From assembly GCA_023229865.1 (NCBI GenBank), contig JALNYL010000005.1:4422-68421 (forward strand): a stretch of 64,000 nucleotides of DNA. Reading direction: 5' to 3'. The notes beneath the pieces are model-generated. The model was not told where the DNA came from and did no database searches. It saw only the letters and a program-made list of their open reading frames with translations. This DNA is from Minisyncoccota bacterium (GTDB lineage: Bacteria > Patescibacteriota > Minisyncoccia > Phycocordibacterales > UBA1550). A program made the position numbers and the translations under genes. Of the stretch, positions 20,296 through 31,342 are shown piece by piece (position 1 is the first letter of the stretch; each line of letters begins with the position of its first letter).

Positions 20296-21558
20296 TTATT
20301 TATTGATGACCTTGTAGTCTAATATCGATGCCATGACACCAAGATTTTGTCCGTTATAGGCTGCGGTTTTTGGATTATTGATATCTTGAATTTCGAAGCC
20401 GATGTATTGTCGTATGTCGAGTCTTTCAACAAAAACCTTGTCTACGGTTACGTCAAAATGGTAATGACCAACATTGAATAAAAATTTTGGTACAGACACA
20501 ATTACCTCGTAATCACCCTTCTTGAAATCGGATAATTTTTCCGCCTGATCAGAGATTGATGAAATAAGAACCACTTCCCCCTGATAAGAGAATTGCAAGG
20601 TGATGATTACTCCAGTAACGTCGTTATTCACCTCTAGGTTTAACTTTATCGAGAAGTCTTCGCTTATGGGGATGCGCGCTGCTGGAGTATTGTTTTTGTT
20701 GAGAATCGTTATTTTGGATACTTGTACGTCTTTCCCATGGTTGGTGTTAAATTCGCTGACAGCATTCAACCCCTTGGTGTCATTAAGGTAGTGGTCAACC
20801 ACCTTGTCTGTTGTGTCAAACATCACAATGTTTCCTTTTTCAAGAAGGATGCTTTTGTTGCAAAGTTGCTGTATCGCGTTTATATTGTGGCTCACAAAGA
20901 GAATTGTGCGACCCTTCTTTTCAGTGATATCCTGCATTTTCCCCATGCACTTTTTTTGAAATTCTGCGTCTCCAACAGCAAGCACTTCATCAACAATAAG
21001 AATATCTGGCTCCATGTGTGCTGCGACGGAAAACGCAAGTCGAACATACATACCAGAAGAGTAGTATTTTACGGGCGTATCCAAAAACTTTTCGATCTCT
21101 GCAAAGGCAACGATCTCGTCAAATTTACGCGCGATCTCACTTCGTTTCATTCCCAAAATTGCGCCGTTGAGAAAAATGTTTTCTCTGCCTGTTAATTCTG
21201 GATGAAATCCTGTCCCAACTTCAAGGAGTGATCCCACTGTCCCGCGAATCTTTATTTCTCCTGTTGTTGGTGGTGTAATTTGGGAAAGAATTTTAAGCAA
21301 GGTTGATTTTCCTGCGCCGTTTCTTCCAATAATACCGACAACTTCCCCTTTTTTAATAGTAAGATTGAGGTCTTTTAATGCCCAAAAGTCCTCCTGTTTT
21401 TCAAGTCCAGCGACTTGCTTGATTTTGTACTTCAAAAATTTGAAGGGGGCTTTGAGAACCCCTGCGAGAACGTCGCGCAATGCAACATACCGCCCACGTT
21501 CATGTGTGATTTTGTATTTTTTCCCAATGTTCTTTATTTCGATGATAGTGTCGGTCAT
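20296..21558 (-). CDS. wzt: Polysaccharide ABC exporter ATP-binding subunit with C-terminal domain
   Basis: GRNGAGKSTLLK, LTGRENI, YSSGMYVRLAF, DEVLAVGD. Confidence 0.9.
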   Translation of the reverse strand: MTDTIIEIKNIGKKYKITHERGRYVALRDVLAGVLKAPFKFLKYKIKQVAGLEKQEDFWALKDLNLTIKKGEVVGIIGRNGAGKSTLLKILSQITPPTTGEIKIRGTVGSLLEVGTGFHPELTGRENIFLNGAILGMKRSEIARKFDEIVAFAEIEKFLDTPVKYYSSGMYVRLAFSVAAHMEPDILIVDEVLAVGDAEFQKKCMGKMQDITEKKGRTILFVSHNINAIQQLCNKSILLEKGNIVMFDTTDKVVDHYLNDTKGLNAVSEFNTNHGKDVQVSKITILNKNNTPAARIPISEDFSIKLNLEVNNDVTGVIITLQFSYQGEVVLISSISDQAEKLSDFKKGDYEVIVSVPKFLFNVGHYHFDVTVDKVFVERLDIRQYIGFEIQDINNPKTAAYNGQNLGVMASILDYKVINK

Positions 21559-21564
21559 GTTGTG

Positions 21565-22386
21565 TTATATGGTGTCGGCGAAATGGCGCTCTGCCTTCTT
21601 GAAGTTTACAATACCAACAATAAGAATGATCGCACATACGATGAATGATATTGAGATGAGGAGCCAGTTGATGGGTGTGGTTCCAAGAAGTGCCGCGCGA
21701 GCGTTCTGGATTACCCCCGTCATGGGGTTGATTGCAAGTATCCATGAATACTTTTCGGCAACGCTTGCGGGGTAGATGACAGGGGTCACGAAAAGCAAGA
21801 TTTGAATAAAGAACGGTAAGACGTATCTAACGTCGCGATACTTTACATTGATTGCAGCGAGAATGAGTCCCCCTCCCACCGATATCATGAATGTGATGAC
21901 GAGAAGTAGGGGGAAGACGAGGATCCCAACAAGATTCGGCGTGTACCCATAATAGAGCATCATCCCGAAAAGAATCATCGCTGCGATAGTAAAGTCGACG
22001 AATTTTGTCATTACTGAAGAGAAGGGGAGAATAAGTCTCGGAAAGTAAACTTTGGTAACTATCGCTTGGTTGGCGATGAGTACATTACTGGTGTCAGCAA
22101 GAGATGATGAAAAAAACTGCCAAAATATCAAGCCGGTATAAACAAAGATTGGGTAGGGAACTCCGTTTGAAGGAACCTTAAGAAGAATACCGAAAAAGAT
22201 GCTAAAAATTACCATCGTGACGAACGGCTGGAATACTGCCCACATAATCCCAATGTATGTTTGTTTGTATCGAACCTTAATGTCTCTCCATGTAAAAAAA
22301 TAAAGAAGTTCACGATACTGCCACACCTCGCGCAGGTCGTCAAAGCTGAATACTTTTTTGGGCTTTATGATTGTTAGATTACTCAT
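21565..22386 (-). CDS. wzm: Polysaccharide ABC exporter permease
   Basis: RDIKVRYKQT..G..W, KVYFPR, YRDV, TPVIYP, NPM; multiple TM segments. Confidence 0.9.
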   Translation of the reverse strand: MSNLTIIKPKKVFSFDDLREVWQYRELLYFFTWRDIKVRYKQTYIGIMWAVFQPFVTMVIFSIFFGILLKVPSNGVPYPIFVYTGLIFWQFFSSSLADTSNVLIANQAIVTKVYFPRLILPFSSVMTKFVDFTIAAMILFGMMLYYGYTPNLVGILVFPLLLVITFMISVGGGLILAAINVKYRDVRYVLPFFIQILLFVTPVIYPASVAEKYSWILAINPMTGVIQNARAALLGTTPINWLLISISFIVCAIILIVGIVNFKKAERHFADTI

Positions 22387-22504
22387 GTGGTACTTTGCAA
22401 TGGTAGCATTTTGCGAGCTTAATTTCAAAAGACCAAAATATAGGCCTATTTCACGGTGTTTTTCTTGATAACATTTGATTGCGTTGGTGTGTTATAATTC
22501 ACCT

Positions 22505-23254
22505 ATGTTCAATTTTTTACGCACCATAAAGAGGTATTTTTTTAGAGTAAGATCATACGCGCTTTTCCCATTCGTTGCGAGTAGTTTTTTTGCCTTTAAG
22601 GCAAAGGATAAGCAGCACAGATTCAGCACTTCGTTTTTCGATGTGTTCCCGTGTCTTTTTGAAAACATTCCTTACACAAGATTTGATACCCACTATATTT
22701 ATCACACGGGATGGGCTGCACGAAAGGTTGAGGAAATAGGAGCAAAGGAGCACGTTGATATTTCTTCCAGTTTGTATTTTTCTAGTATCGTGTCGGCTTT
22801 CAAACCGGTTCGCTTTTATGATTTTCGCCCTGCTAAATTGAATTTATCGAATTTAATTTCAAGTCCGGCAAATCTTTTGAACTTGCCATTTGAAACAAAC
22901 TCGATAGATTCTCTTTCTTGTATGCACACAGTAGAACACGTTGGGTTGGGGAGGTATGGAGACGATATTGAACCAGATGGGGACTTGCGCGCCGCGCAAG
23001 AATTGTCTCGTGTTGTCAGGTCTGGGGGAAGTTTGCTTTTTGTTGTTCCTGTTGGTAAACCAAGGATTCAGTTTAATGCCCATCGCGTGTATTCATATGA
23101 TATGGTCGTCACCATGTTCCCTGACCTTACTCTTAAGGAGTTCTCTCTCATCCCTGATGACGCCCTGGAAACTGGTATGATATACAATGCGACAAAAGAA
23201 ATCGCTGACGCACAGGTGTATGGATGTGGATGTTTTTTGTTTACCAAAAAGTAG
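22505..23254 (+). CDS. DUF268-type methyltransferase-like protein (paralog of 19519-20295)
   Basis: Same SLSCMHTVEHVGLGRYGD and FNAHR blocks. Confidence 0.85.
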   Translation: MFNFLRTIKRYFFRVRSYALFPFVASSFFAFKAKDKQHRFSTSFFDVFPCLFENIPYTRFDTHYIYHTGWAARKVEEIGAKEHVDISSSLYFSSIVSAFKPVRFYDFRPAKLNLSNLISSPANLLNLPFETNSIDSLSCMHTVEHVGLGRYGDDIEPDGDLRAAQELSRVVRSGGSLLFVVPVGKPRIQFNAHRVYSYDMVVTMFPDLTLKEFSLIPDDALETGMIYNATKEIADAQVYGCGCFLFTKK

Positions 23255-23260
23255 CTTCAT

Positions 23261-24115
23261 ATGATTATAATAAAATTACAAGGAGGTCTTGGAAATCAAC
23301 TTTTTCAGTATGCGCTCGGGAAGACAATCGAAAAAACATACAACAAAGAGGTTGCATACGACATCTCTTCGTTTGAAGGGGATAAAAAAGTGACTCCCCG
23401 GTCGTTTCTTCTGGATAAATTCAAGACTAAATTAAAAATAGCGAATAATGTCGAGATCCGTGAGGTAAAAGAATCACTTTTATATCTTGCAAAAAAGATT
23501 TTGAACAAATTCTTTTTTAAAAAATACCATATTGCTTATGAAGCAGATTTCTTGGATTCGATCAAAGATTCGGACTCCATGTATTTGGAGGGATATTGGC
23601 AGAGCGTTCGTTATGTAGAGCCGTGTATTATTGATTTGAGGGAGGAAATTGTCTTGGTTGATGGTTCGAATGAGCGGCTTGAGGGGGCGGTAGGGGGCGC
23701 CATGCAAGGTGAGTCAGTTGCGGTACATGTCCGAAGAGGGGACTATGTGACTGCGGGGACTGATCTAAGTGTTCTTGATATTTCGTATTATAAAATGGCA
23801 AAAGAATTTCTTTGTGAAAAGTTAAAGAACCCTCATTTTTATGTTTTTACCGATGATGCTATGTGGGTGAAGGAACAGTTTACTTTTTTACCCAAAGGAA
23901 ATACCACCTATGTTTCTGAGCTTGGATTGCGGGACTATGAGGAACTCATTTTGATGACAACGTGCAAAAATGCAGTCATTGCGAACTCGTCGTTCTCTTG
24001 GTGGGGAGCTATGTTGCGTAACGAAAAGGGGCTTACTCTCTGTCCAAAAGACTGGAAGAATGCATTTCTTAAAAACGATGAAAATCTGTGCCCAGATGAC
24101 TGGATCAGAATCTAG
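23261..24115 (+). CDS. Alpha-1,2-fucosyltransferase family (GT11)
   Basis: GGLGNQLFQYA, GYWQS, HVRRGDY, ANSSFSWWGA. Confidence 0.9.
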   Translation: MIIIKLQGGLGNQLFQYALGKTIEKTYNKEVAYDISSFEGDKKVTPRSFLLDKFKTKLKIANNVEIREVKESLLYLAKKILNKFFFKKYHIAYEADFLDSIKDSDSMYLEGYWQSVRYVEPCIIDLREEIVLVDGSNERLEGAVGGAMQGESVAVHVRRGDYVTAGTDLSVLDISYYKMAKEFLCEKLKNPHFYVFTDDAMWVKEQFTFLPKGNTTYVSELGLRDYEELILMTTCKNAVIANSSFSWWGAMLRNEKGLTLCPKDWKNAFLKNDENLCPDDWIRI

Positions 24116-24119
24116 TAGC

Positions 24120-24890
24120 TCATCCTTTAATGCTAAGGCGGACAAAACGCAAGAGTAGATATATGCAAAATGTCGGATGATAGAGGAGGTGAAGATTGAA
24201 TCCTTCTTGTGCAATTAAGGATAGCATCTCAAGTTGTTTTTTACGCGGGCGAGTGCGGAAATTGAGGCCAGAAGCTTCGTCGTACCCGTCGGTGAGAGTG
24301 CTGTTGTGGGGAGAATAGAACATGTGTGTTTTGAGTCCGATTTGAAAAAAGAAGATCCACTCTTCCGCCTGCTTGATGCGTGTCGAAAATCGCACGTTCG
24401 TAACGATTTTTGCGTTTATACAGTGCGTCGCATCACCTTCACCTTTTTTAGTAATGAGATAGTCCCATGCGTAAGAATATGTGGTGTCGGGCTTTGGAAA
24501 TTTTGTTGCTGACTTACCGCTTGCGTATGCGCGGTTTGTAACAAACCATGTTTCCTTTGGGTGTGCCAAGATAAGGTCGTGAAGTGTTGCGAGTGCGTCT
24601 GGGGTGAGGTAGTCGTCATCATCTAAAAAGATGACCCAGTCCGAATCCCTTACGGCAATATCAAGTGCTCGGTTGCGGGAGAAATTTACTCCTGAGTTTT
24701 CCTCGTTTTTCAAATAGGTGATACGACGGTCGGCGATATCTTGTTCAAGGGGTGCATAGCTTATGTCTTCAGGGGAGTCGTTGACGATGATCATTCTCCA
24801 TTCGGCATAGGTCTGCCCAAGAACCGACTCGATTGCGCGAGTAAGCTTGTCGGCGCGTTTGTGGGTAGGGGTGATGATGGTGAATCTCAT
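24120..24890 (-). CDS. Glycosyltransferase family 2
   Basis: IITPTHKR, SVLGQT, SRN.AL, FLDDDD. Confidence 0.85.
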   Translation of the reverse strand: MRFTIITPTHKRADKLTRAIESVLGQTYAEWRMIIVNDSPEDISYAPLEQDIADRRITYLKNEENSGVNFSRNRALDIAVRDSDWVIFLDDDDYLTPDALATLHDLILAHPKETWFVTNRAYASGKSATKFPKPDTTYSYAWDYLITKKGEGDATHCINAKIVTNVRFSTRIKQAEEWIFFFQIGLKTHMFYSPHNSTLTDGYDEASGLNFRTRPRKKQLEMLSLIAQEGFNLHLLYHPTFCIYLLLRFVRLSIKG

Positions 24891-24901
24891 GATTGGGAAG
24901 T

Positions 24902-25810
24902 TTATTTTTGGGGTAAGCAAAGGAGGTCGCACTGAGCTTTTTTGTTGTTGGAGAACTCAGAAAGAAAATCTTCCTTCGATACTACTTGCTTCATGTAATT
25001 TTCGACATCGTATAAATTGTAGCCAAGGTTCTGCAATAGGGAAATAATCTTATTGCCATGATCCCTTCCTTTTTCAAAATACAATTTACCAGAAAATTCC
25101 ATAACGATGACTGGTTTATGGATGGCGAGAACCTTTTGTATACCAGCTAGGACTTCGTATTCGTACCCCTCAACATCCATCTTGATCATATCGACACGCT
25201 GAAAGTCTTTCAATTCATCGTCGCCTCTTTTGATGTTGATGACAATCTCCTCGTTTTCTTTCCCGTGGGGTCCAACAATAGAAGAGCCACCGACATTGTT
25301 TGTTTCAACATAGAGAGTCTCTGTTTTTGGTGCTTCTCCAAGGGCTATGTTGCGTGCGTCAATGATGTCTTCAAAGTGGTTGATCCTTGCGCTGTCGAGG
25401 AGCTGGTTATAGACACGGGGGATTGGTTCGAATGAGGATACTTTCCCTTCAGTGCCCACGACTGAAGCTGCGAACATGGTATGTTGTCCAATGTTTGCCC
25501 CAATATCTACAAAGACATCTCCTTTTTTGAGATGCTGCGCAATAAGGTCAAGGATAAACGGTTCGTAGACTCCGTATAGATAGATATGCTTATCAATGAA
25601 CCCATTTTGGGGAGAAATGAACAAGGAAAAAGCATGCCCGTGATGAGACACGTCTACTGGTCGATATGTTGTAAAGCTTTTTAAGCGAACTGCATCAATG
25701 GTGTCCACAAGTTTGATGAATATTTTTTGCCAAAGACCAAGAACCACCACAAAAAGTGTTTTTGGTAAGATTTTTTTTAGTGTGTACTTGATTTTGCTTC
25801 TGTTGATCAT
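24902..25810 (-). CDS. FkbM family methyltransferase
   Basis: DIGANIG, FEP, KMDVEGYE. Confidence 0.9.
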   Translation of the reverse strand: MINRSKIKYTLKKILPKTLFVVVLGLWQKIFIKLVDTIDAVRLKSFTTYRPVDVSHHGHAFSLFISPQNGFIDKHIYLYGVYEPFILDLIAQHLKKGDVFVDIGANIGQHTMFAASVVGTEGKVSSFEPIPRVYNQLLDSARINHFEDIIDARNIALGEAPKTETLYVETNNVGGSSIVGPHGKENEEIVINIKRGDDELKDFQRVDMIKMDVEGYEYEVLAGIQKVLAIHKPVIVMEFSGKLYFEKGRDHGNKIISLLQNLGYNLYDVENYMKQVVSKEDFLSEFSNNKKAQCDLLCLPQK

Positions 25811-25814
25811 AGTT

Positions 25815-26513
25815 TTATATAAAACCTAAAAGTTTTTTTAAAAACTTTTTAATGCCAATTATTTCAACCATTTTTTTCCCAAAACTATAAAGGCCTATTT
25901 TTTTGAAGAATTTGTTAAGTGGATGACCCCATGAATAGTGCCAGAGATGAACTCCGAGGACTTCGGGTCCAAGGTTTTGTCCGTGGAATTCTTTGATGTG
26001 GTCGCTATCGAATGGGTAAAAAGTTTTTGGTGGGCAAACGACAATATTTGATTTGTCTGTGTAAGTTTCGAAAGCTTGCGAGAGGGCGCGGGGGATAGTG
26101 ATGAGTTCGCTAGGGTTCTCGTCATAGAACTTTTTACACGTTTCAACGAAGGGGTGATGTGCTGTGGTGCCAATCATGCCGGCGCTAATAATTCCAGGGG
26201 CCTCTTCTCCGAGGACACATGAGTGGCGCGTGAGTGGTCCCAGAGACTGAAGGAGGAGCATATCAGTATCAAGGTAGAAACCACCATGTTCGGTAAGGAT
26301 GTGGAGTCGCGCGTAATCTGCAACAAACGCCCACTTTTTTTCAGCATACATCCGTTTTGCAAAAGGGAAGTCGTTGATGGGGAAGTTGTCCTCGTTCCAT
26401 TCCTTGATTTCAAAATCTGGGCACATTTTTTTCCAGCTTTCAATACAATCAAGAATTTCGGGAGTTTTTGGATTATTGCCGAACCAACAATAATGGATGA
26501 TTTTTGGGATCAT
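25815..26513 (-). CDS. DXD-motif glycosyltransferase (GT32/OCH1-like)
   Basis: MIPKIIHYCWFG, WAFVADYAR, GGFYLDTD. Confidence 0.9.
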   Translation of the reverse strand: MIPKIIHYCWFGNNPKTPEILDCIESWKKMCPDFEIKEWNEDNFPINDFPFAKRMYAEKKWAFVADYARLHILTEHGGFYLDTDMLLLQSLGPLTRHSCVLGEEAPGIISAGMIGTTAHHPFVETCKKFYDENPSELITIPRALSQAFETYTDKSNIVVCPPKTFYPFDSDHIKEFHGQNLGPEVLGVHLWHYSWGHPLNKFFKKIGLYSFGKKMVEIIGIKKFLKKLLGFI

Positions 26514-26556
26514 GATGTTCGTAAGTTTTAGTATACCATCAACACACTGAGATCCA

Positions 26557-27486
26557 TTATTTATAATTTTCTTTGAACCACTCGTATGTTGATATGATGC
26601 CTTCGTCGAGGGGTATGGTGTGCTTCCAACCAAGATTGTGAAGTTTTGACACATCAAGTAGTTTTCTTGGGGTGCCGTCGGGCTTGGTTGAATCCCAGAC
26701 TATCTCGCCTTCATAGCCGACCACCTCTTTAATCTTTTCCGCGAGCTCTTTAATGGTGACGTCTTCTCCTGTGCCGACGTTTACAATTTCAGAATCGTTG
26801 TAATTCTCTACAAGGAAGATGCTTGCTGCAGCAAGGTCGTCAACGTGAAGAAACTCGCGCATAGCGCTCCCTGTGCCCCAGAGGGTAATAGTAGGGCTCC
26901 CTGAAGCCTTGGCTTCGTGGAATTTACGAATCATTGCAGGCATAACGTGCGAATTTTCAAGGTCAAAATTGTCATTTGTGCCATAGAGGTTTGTTGGCAT
27001 GAGTGAAATAAAGTTAGTGCCATATTGTTCATTGTAAGATTGGCACATAATAATGCCTGCAATCTTTGCGATGGCGTAGGCTTTATTGGAAGGTTCGAGT
27101 GCGCTTGTGAGAAGGTACTCCTCTTTGATCGGCTGTGGACAAAGTTTTGGATAAATGCACGAGCTGCCGAGGAACAACAATTTCTTTATCTTGTTTTCAT
27201 AAGCGCTTTGAATAATGTTTGTTTGTATAACAAGGTTGTGATGGATGAAATCAGCGGGGTAGGTTTTGTTGGCCATAATCCCGCCCACTTTTGCAGCGGC
27301 GAGAAAAACATACTCAGGTTTTTCTTCCGCAAAGAAGTTAGTGACTGCTTGTTGATTGGTGAGATCAAGCTCTTTGTGTGTTTTTAGAACAAGATTGGTA
27401 AAACCCGCTTTTTCTAGCGCTCGTACAATAGCAGATCCTACGAGTCCACGATGTCCAGCGACAAAAATTTTTGAATTCTTTTCCAT
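26557..27486 (-). CDS. fcl: GDP-L-fucose synthase
   Basis: [40 protein letters not shown]. Confidence 0.95.
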   Translation of the reverse strand: MEKNSKIFVAGHRGLVGSAIVRALEKAGFTNLVLKTHKELDLTNQQAVTNFFAEEKPEYVFLAAAKVGGIMANKTYPADFIHHNLVIQTNIIQSAYENKIKKLLFLGSSCIYPKLCPQPIKEEYLLTSALEPSNKAYAIAKIAGIIMCQSYNEQYGTNFISLMPTNLYGTNDNFDLENSHVMPAMIRKFHEAKASGSPTITLWGTGSAMREFLHVDDLAAASIFLVENYNDSEIVNVGTGEDVTIKELAEKIKEVVGYEGEIVWDSTKPDGTPRKLLDVSKLHNLGWKHTIPLDEGIISTYEWFKENYK

Positions 27487-27494
27487 GTTATAAA

Positions 27495-27947
27495 TTATTT
27501 AGATTTTGTAAAACCTGCCAAAACAAGAAACTTTTTCACATAAGGATGCCAGGTGTCGTCAATATGAGTATACCATTGATATTCTTCATTTTGTGTATCA
27601 AGAGCTACGGTGTCGCCATCGTCTTTAGAATTAGCGAGAAAGACAACGTTTATTGTATGTGTGGAGTCATCAAATGGACCGTCGGGGAACATCGTTTCGT
27701 CTACGCCAAGGATCTTTTCAATACTTATTTCAATTCCCAATTCCTCCTGCGCCTTTCTTTTTGCTGCATCTTCGAGCCCCTCACCCTTAAATATTCTTCC
27801 TCCTGGGAAAAACCATTGCCCCTGAGCGGGCTTGTTGTTTCGTTTTGCGAGTAAGAAGGAATTATCCCTCACGACAACAACATCGACGCAGACAATAGGG
27901 AGGACTGCGTGAATCTTTTGGTAGAGTTCGGTGGGGATGTGATTCAT
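27495..27947 (-). CDS. gmm: GDP-mannose mannosyl hydrolase-like NUDIX protein
   Basis: R.N.PAQG.WF.PGGRI.KGE..EELG; between gmd and fcl. Confidence 0.75.
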   Translation of the reverse strand: MNHIPTELYQKIHAVLPIVCVDVVVVRDNSFLLAKRNNKPAQGQWFFPGGRIFKGEGLEDAAKRKAQEELGIEISIEKILGVDETMFPDGPFDDSTHTINVVFLANSKDDGDTVALDTQNEEYQWYTHIDDTWHPYVKKFLVLAGFTKSK

Positions 27948-27963
27948 TTAGGGGCGTCTAACT

Positions 27964-29046
27964 TTATTCGTAATGTTTTTCAATGGTAAATCCACCTTTG
28001 GTGAGGTGTAGATCTTTCTTTGCTTCTGCGAGGTCAGTCGCAACCATTTCTTTTACGAGACCTTCAAATTTAATCTCTGCCTCCCACCCAAGTTTTTTTC
28101 TCGCTTTTGATGGGTCTCCAAGGAGTGATTCAACTTCAGTCGGACGGAAATAGCGAGGGTCTACCTCAATAATTGTTTTCCCGGTAGTTTTGTCGATGCC
28201 GATTTCATTAACACCCTCTCCTTTCCACTCAAGCTCAATACCAAGCTCTTTGAAGACGGCGTCACAAAAAACGCGCACGGAATATTGTTCGCCCGTTGCA
28301 ATCACAAAATCTTCTGGGGTCTCCACTTGGAGCATGAGATACATTGCGTTCACGTAATCTTTTGCATGGCCCCAGTCGCGTTTCGCATTGAGATTACCAA
28401 GAAATAATTTCTCTTGGAGACCTAGAGAGATTCGTGCTGCTGCACGGGTGATCTTTTTAGTAACGAACGTTTCGCCACGACGAGGGGACTCATGGTTGAA
28501 GAGAATTCCTGACACTGCAAATATACCATAGGCTTCGCGATAGTTTTTGGTAATCCAATACGCATACACCTTTGCGGCGCCGTAGGGACTGCGTGGGTAA
28601 AAAGGAGTTTCCTCACTTTGGGGCGGAGGAGTTGCTCCAAACATTTCTGAGGTTGATGCTTGGTAGAATCTCGTTTTTTTCTCAAGGCCAAGGAGACGGA
28701 TTGCTTCAAGGATGCGGAGCGTGCCGAGCGCGTCTGAGTTACCCGTGTATTCAGGGACCTCAAAAGATACCTTCACGTGACTCTGTGCGGCGAGATTATA
28801 AATCTCGTCGGGTTGAACTTCTTTGATGATGCGAATGAGGTTGGTTGAGTCGGTGAGGTCTCCATAGTGAAGAAAGAGTCGTTTTCCTGACTCGTGCGGA
28901 TCTTGATAGATGTGATCGATTCTTCCTGTGTTAAAACTACTTGCGCGACGAATCAGCCCGTGGACCTCGTACCCCTTTTCAAGGAGGAGTTCTGCAAGGT
29001 ATGAACCATCTTGCCCGGTAATTCCTGTTATAAGTGCTTTTTTCAT
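27964..29046 (-). CDS. gmd: GDP-mannose 4,6-dehydratase
   Basis: [35 protein letters not shown]. Confidence 0.97.
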   Translation of the reverse strand: MKKALITGITGQDGSYLAELLLEKGYEVHGLIRRASSFNTGRIDHIYQDPHESGKRLFLHYGDLTDSTNLIRIIKEVQPDEIYNLAAQSHVKVSFEVPEYTGNSDALGTLRILEAIRLLGLEKKTRFYQASTSEMFGATPPPQSEETPFYPRSPYGAAKVYAYWITKNYREAYGIFAVSGILFNHESPRRGETFVTKKITRAAARISLGLQEKLFLGNLNAKRDWGHAKDYVNAMYLMLQVETPEDFVIATGEQYSVRVFCDAVFKELGIELEWKGEGVNEIGIDKTTGKTIIEVDPRYFRPTEVESLLGDPSKARKKLGWEAEIKFEGLVKEMVATDLAEAKKDLHLTKGGFTIEKHYE

Positions 29047-29141
29047 ATAAAGGAATGTTACACTATTTTTACCTGATTTGGTAGCGTTTATTAGGGAAAT
29101 TGTGGTACGATAAAAACAAACAGAACTTCTTGGGGAATTCT

Positions 29142-30557
29142 ATGAAAGAACAATTAAATAATCACCATTATGCAGTAATACTTGCGGGGGGGTCGGGGAC
29201 AAGGCTCTGGCCTATTAGTCGTGAGCTCTACCCAAAGCAGCTCTTGGCCCTTACGGGGAACAAAACGCTTATTCAAGAGACTTTTTTGCGAGCAGAAAGT
29301 ATTGTTCCAAAAGAAAATATTTTTATCGTTACGAATAAACAGTTCACTACAGATATTCTTCTTCAGCTTAAGGAGTATGGTTTTGTGCGCGATCAGCTTA
29401 TTATCGAGCCATCACAAAAAAATACAGCCCCTGCAATCGCTCTCGCAGCTCAAGTTATTGAAAAGAAAGACAAAGATGCCTTAATGTTCGTCGCCCCTGC
29501 AGACCATCTGATTGTCGACGCGATGGGGTTTAAAAAAAGTGTGATCAATGCATTTGCGCGCGCAAAAGAGGGGAAACTTATAACGTTTGGGATTACTCCA
29601 GATAATCCAAGTACTGAATACGGTTATATTAAACCCAATAAGGACATTATCGACGGGGAAGCAACCTCAGTTGAATGCTTTGTTGAGAAGCCCCCATTAG
29701 AAATCGCTGAAAAATATATTAAAGAAGGGTATCTTTGGAATGCGGGTATTTTTGTGTGGGGAGTTAAGTCATTTAATGAAGAGCTCAAAAAATATTTGCC
29801 TGAGATTATTCATGCGATTTCTTTACGAGATAAAGATGAAGAGAAATTTGTTGAACATTTTTCGGTTATATCTCCTGTATCAATTGATGTTGGTCTTCTT
29901 GAGAGGAGTAGGGAAGTCGAAGTAATCAAAGTTAATTTTGGATGGAAAGATATTGGCTCCTGGAAGTCCTTGTATGAGCTTCTTGAAAAGGATGAGTGCG
30001 GAAATGTACTAAACGAGCATGCGCTTACTATCGATTGTGAAAATTCTTTAGTGTATGGCAACTCAAAAAGAGCCACCGTTGCAATAGGAATAACAGGGAT
30101 TGTCGTCGTGGACACTGAGGACGCGGTGCTCGTGGTTCGGAAAGAAGAAACGCATAAAATTAAACATGCATACGCTGAGCTCAAGGAGCGCAACAAGATG
30201 CAGTATAAAGAGCACAAGACCGTAATTCGTCCTTGGGGCTCGTACACCGTGCTTGAAGAAGGGCTTGGTTATAAGGTAAAAAAGATCGTCGTGAATCCGC
30301 ATGAAAAACTTAGCCTTCAGCTTCACCACAAGCGCTCAGAGCACTGGGTTGTAATACAGGGGACAGCAAAGGCGACTGTCGGCGAAAACGAGCTTCTTTA
30401 TGGTGCGCATCAGACCGTTGATATCCCTGTTGAAACAGTGCATCGTCTCGAAAATCCAACCAACGAAATCCTTGAGATTATAGAGGTACAGAGTGGTGTA
30501 TATTTGGGAGAGGATGATATTGTCCGCTATGATGATGTGTACGCGCGAAATGTTTAG
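29142..30557 (+). CDS. manC: Mannose-1-phosphate guanylyltransferase / mannose-6-phosphate isomerase
   Basis: LAGGSGTRLWP.SR, EKP, WNAG, RPWG, SLQ.H.KRSEHW cupin. Confidence 0.95.
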   Translation: MKEQLNNHHYAVILAGGSGTRLWPISRELYPKQLLALTGNKTLIQETFLRAESIVPKENIFIVTNKQFTTDILLQLKEYGFVRDQLIIEPSQKNTAPAIALAAQVIEKKDKDALMFVAPADHLIVDAMGFKKSVINAFARAKEGKLITFGITPDNPSTEYGYIKPNKDIIDGEATSVECFVEKPPLEIAEKYIKEGYLWNAGIFVWGVKSFNEELKKYLPEIIHAISLRDKDEEKFVEHFSVISPVSIDVGLLERSREVEVIKVNFGWKDIGSWKSLYELLEKDECGNVLNEHALTIDCENSLVYGNSKRATVAIGITGIVVVDTEDAVLVVRKEETHKIKHAYAELKERNKMQYKEHKTVIRPWGSYTVLEEGLGYKVKKIVVNPHEKLSLQLHHKRSEHWVVIQGTAKATVGENELLYGAHQTVDIPVETVHRLENPTNEILEIIEVQSGVYLGEDDIVRYDDVYARNV

Positions 30558-30577
30558 ACATTTCTAAATTTAACGGA

Positions 30578-31306
30578 ATGAAAAAACATTTCTTTTTTGA
30601 TATGGACGGCACCCTTACGCGCTCGCGCAGTGAGATAACTGATACTATGGTCGCGTGTCTTCGGGGGCTTATTGAAAATGGGGGAGATGTGATTGTTGTG
30701 TCGGGAGCCGTAAAAAGTCAGATTATTAAACAAATTGGCGAGATAGTAAAAGATGTTGTAATCTTGGCGCAAAATGGTAACCATGCCGAATCTTCATCAG
30801 GAGAGATTGTCTGGCGCAATGAGCTGACTGCAATTCAAAAAAATGAAACTCTGAAACTTGCTCGCAAGATGATCGGCCATGCGAATCTTGGAATTAGGGA
30901 TCCTGGTGATTTAGTTGAAGATAGAATGTGCCAGATTTCATATTCATTGATTGGACACAATGCTCCCCTTGAAGAGAAAGAGGCTATAGATTCTGAAAAA
31001 ATAATTCGTAAAGGCCTCCTTTGTTGCTTTGAGAAAGAAATTTCTCAATTGAATATTCTGGGAATCCAGGCACGTATTGGAGGAACGACGTGCATTGATT
31101 TCACCGCTCTCAATAAGGGGGATAATGTGAAGTGTTTTATTGAACGTATGGGGTGGGACCCTGAGGAGTGTATTTATATTGGAGACGCTTTGTTTGAGGG
31201 TGGAAATGATCATAGTGTGGTTGGGGTTGTTCCCACCTACTCTGTTGATTCACCTAGGGGGTGTGAAGATGTAATCCGTTCATTCATTAATGAACTGGGG
31301 GCGTAA
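30578..31306 (+). CDS. HAD-IIB hydrolase resembling eukaryotic-type phosphomannomutase
   Basis: FDMDGTLT, GGTTCID, GD....GGND; directly after manC. Confidence 0.75.
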   Translation: MKKHFFFDMDGTLTRSRSEITDTMVACLRGLIENGGDVIVVSGAVKSQIIKQIGEIVKDVVILAQNGNHAESSSGEIVWRNELTAIQKNETLKLARKMIGHANLGIRDPGDLVEDRMCQISYSLIGHNAPLEEKEAIDSEKIIRKGLLCCFEKEISQLNILGIQARIGGTTCIDFTALNKGDNVKCFIERMGWDPEECIYIGDALFEGGNDHSVVGVVPTYSVDSPRGCEDVIRSFINELGA

Positions 31307-31342
31307 CGTCGGTAATTTAAATATGGTATACTTCTACACATT

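Noticed and set aside
9401-29046. Invertase-driven shufflon explaining the strand switches
   Set aside because: No recombinase gene and no shared inverted repeats seen at the switch points
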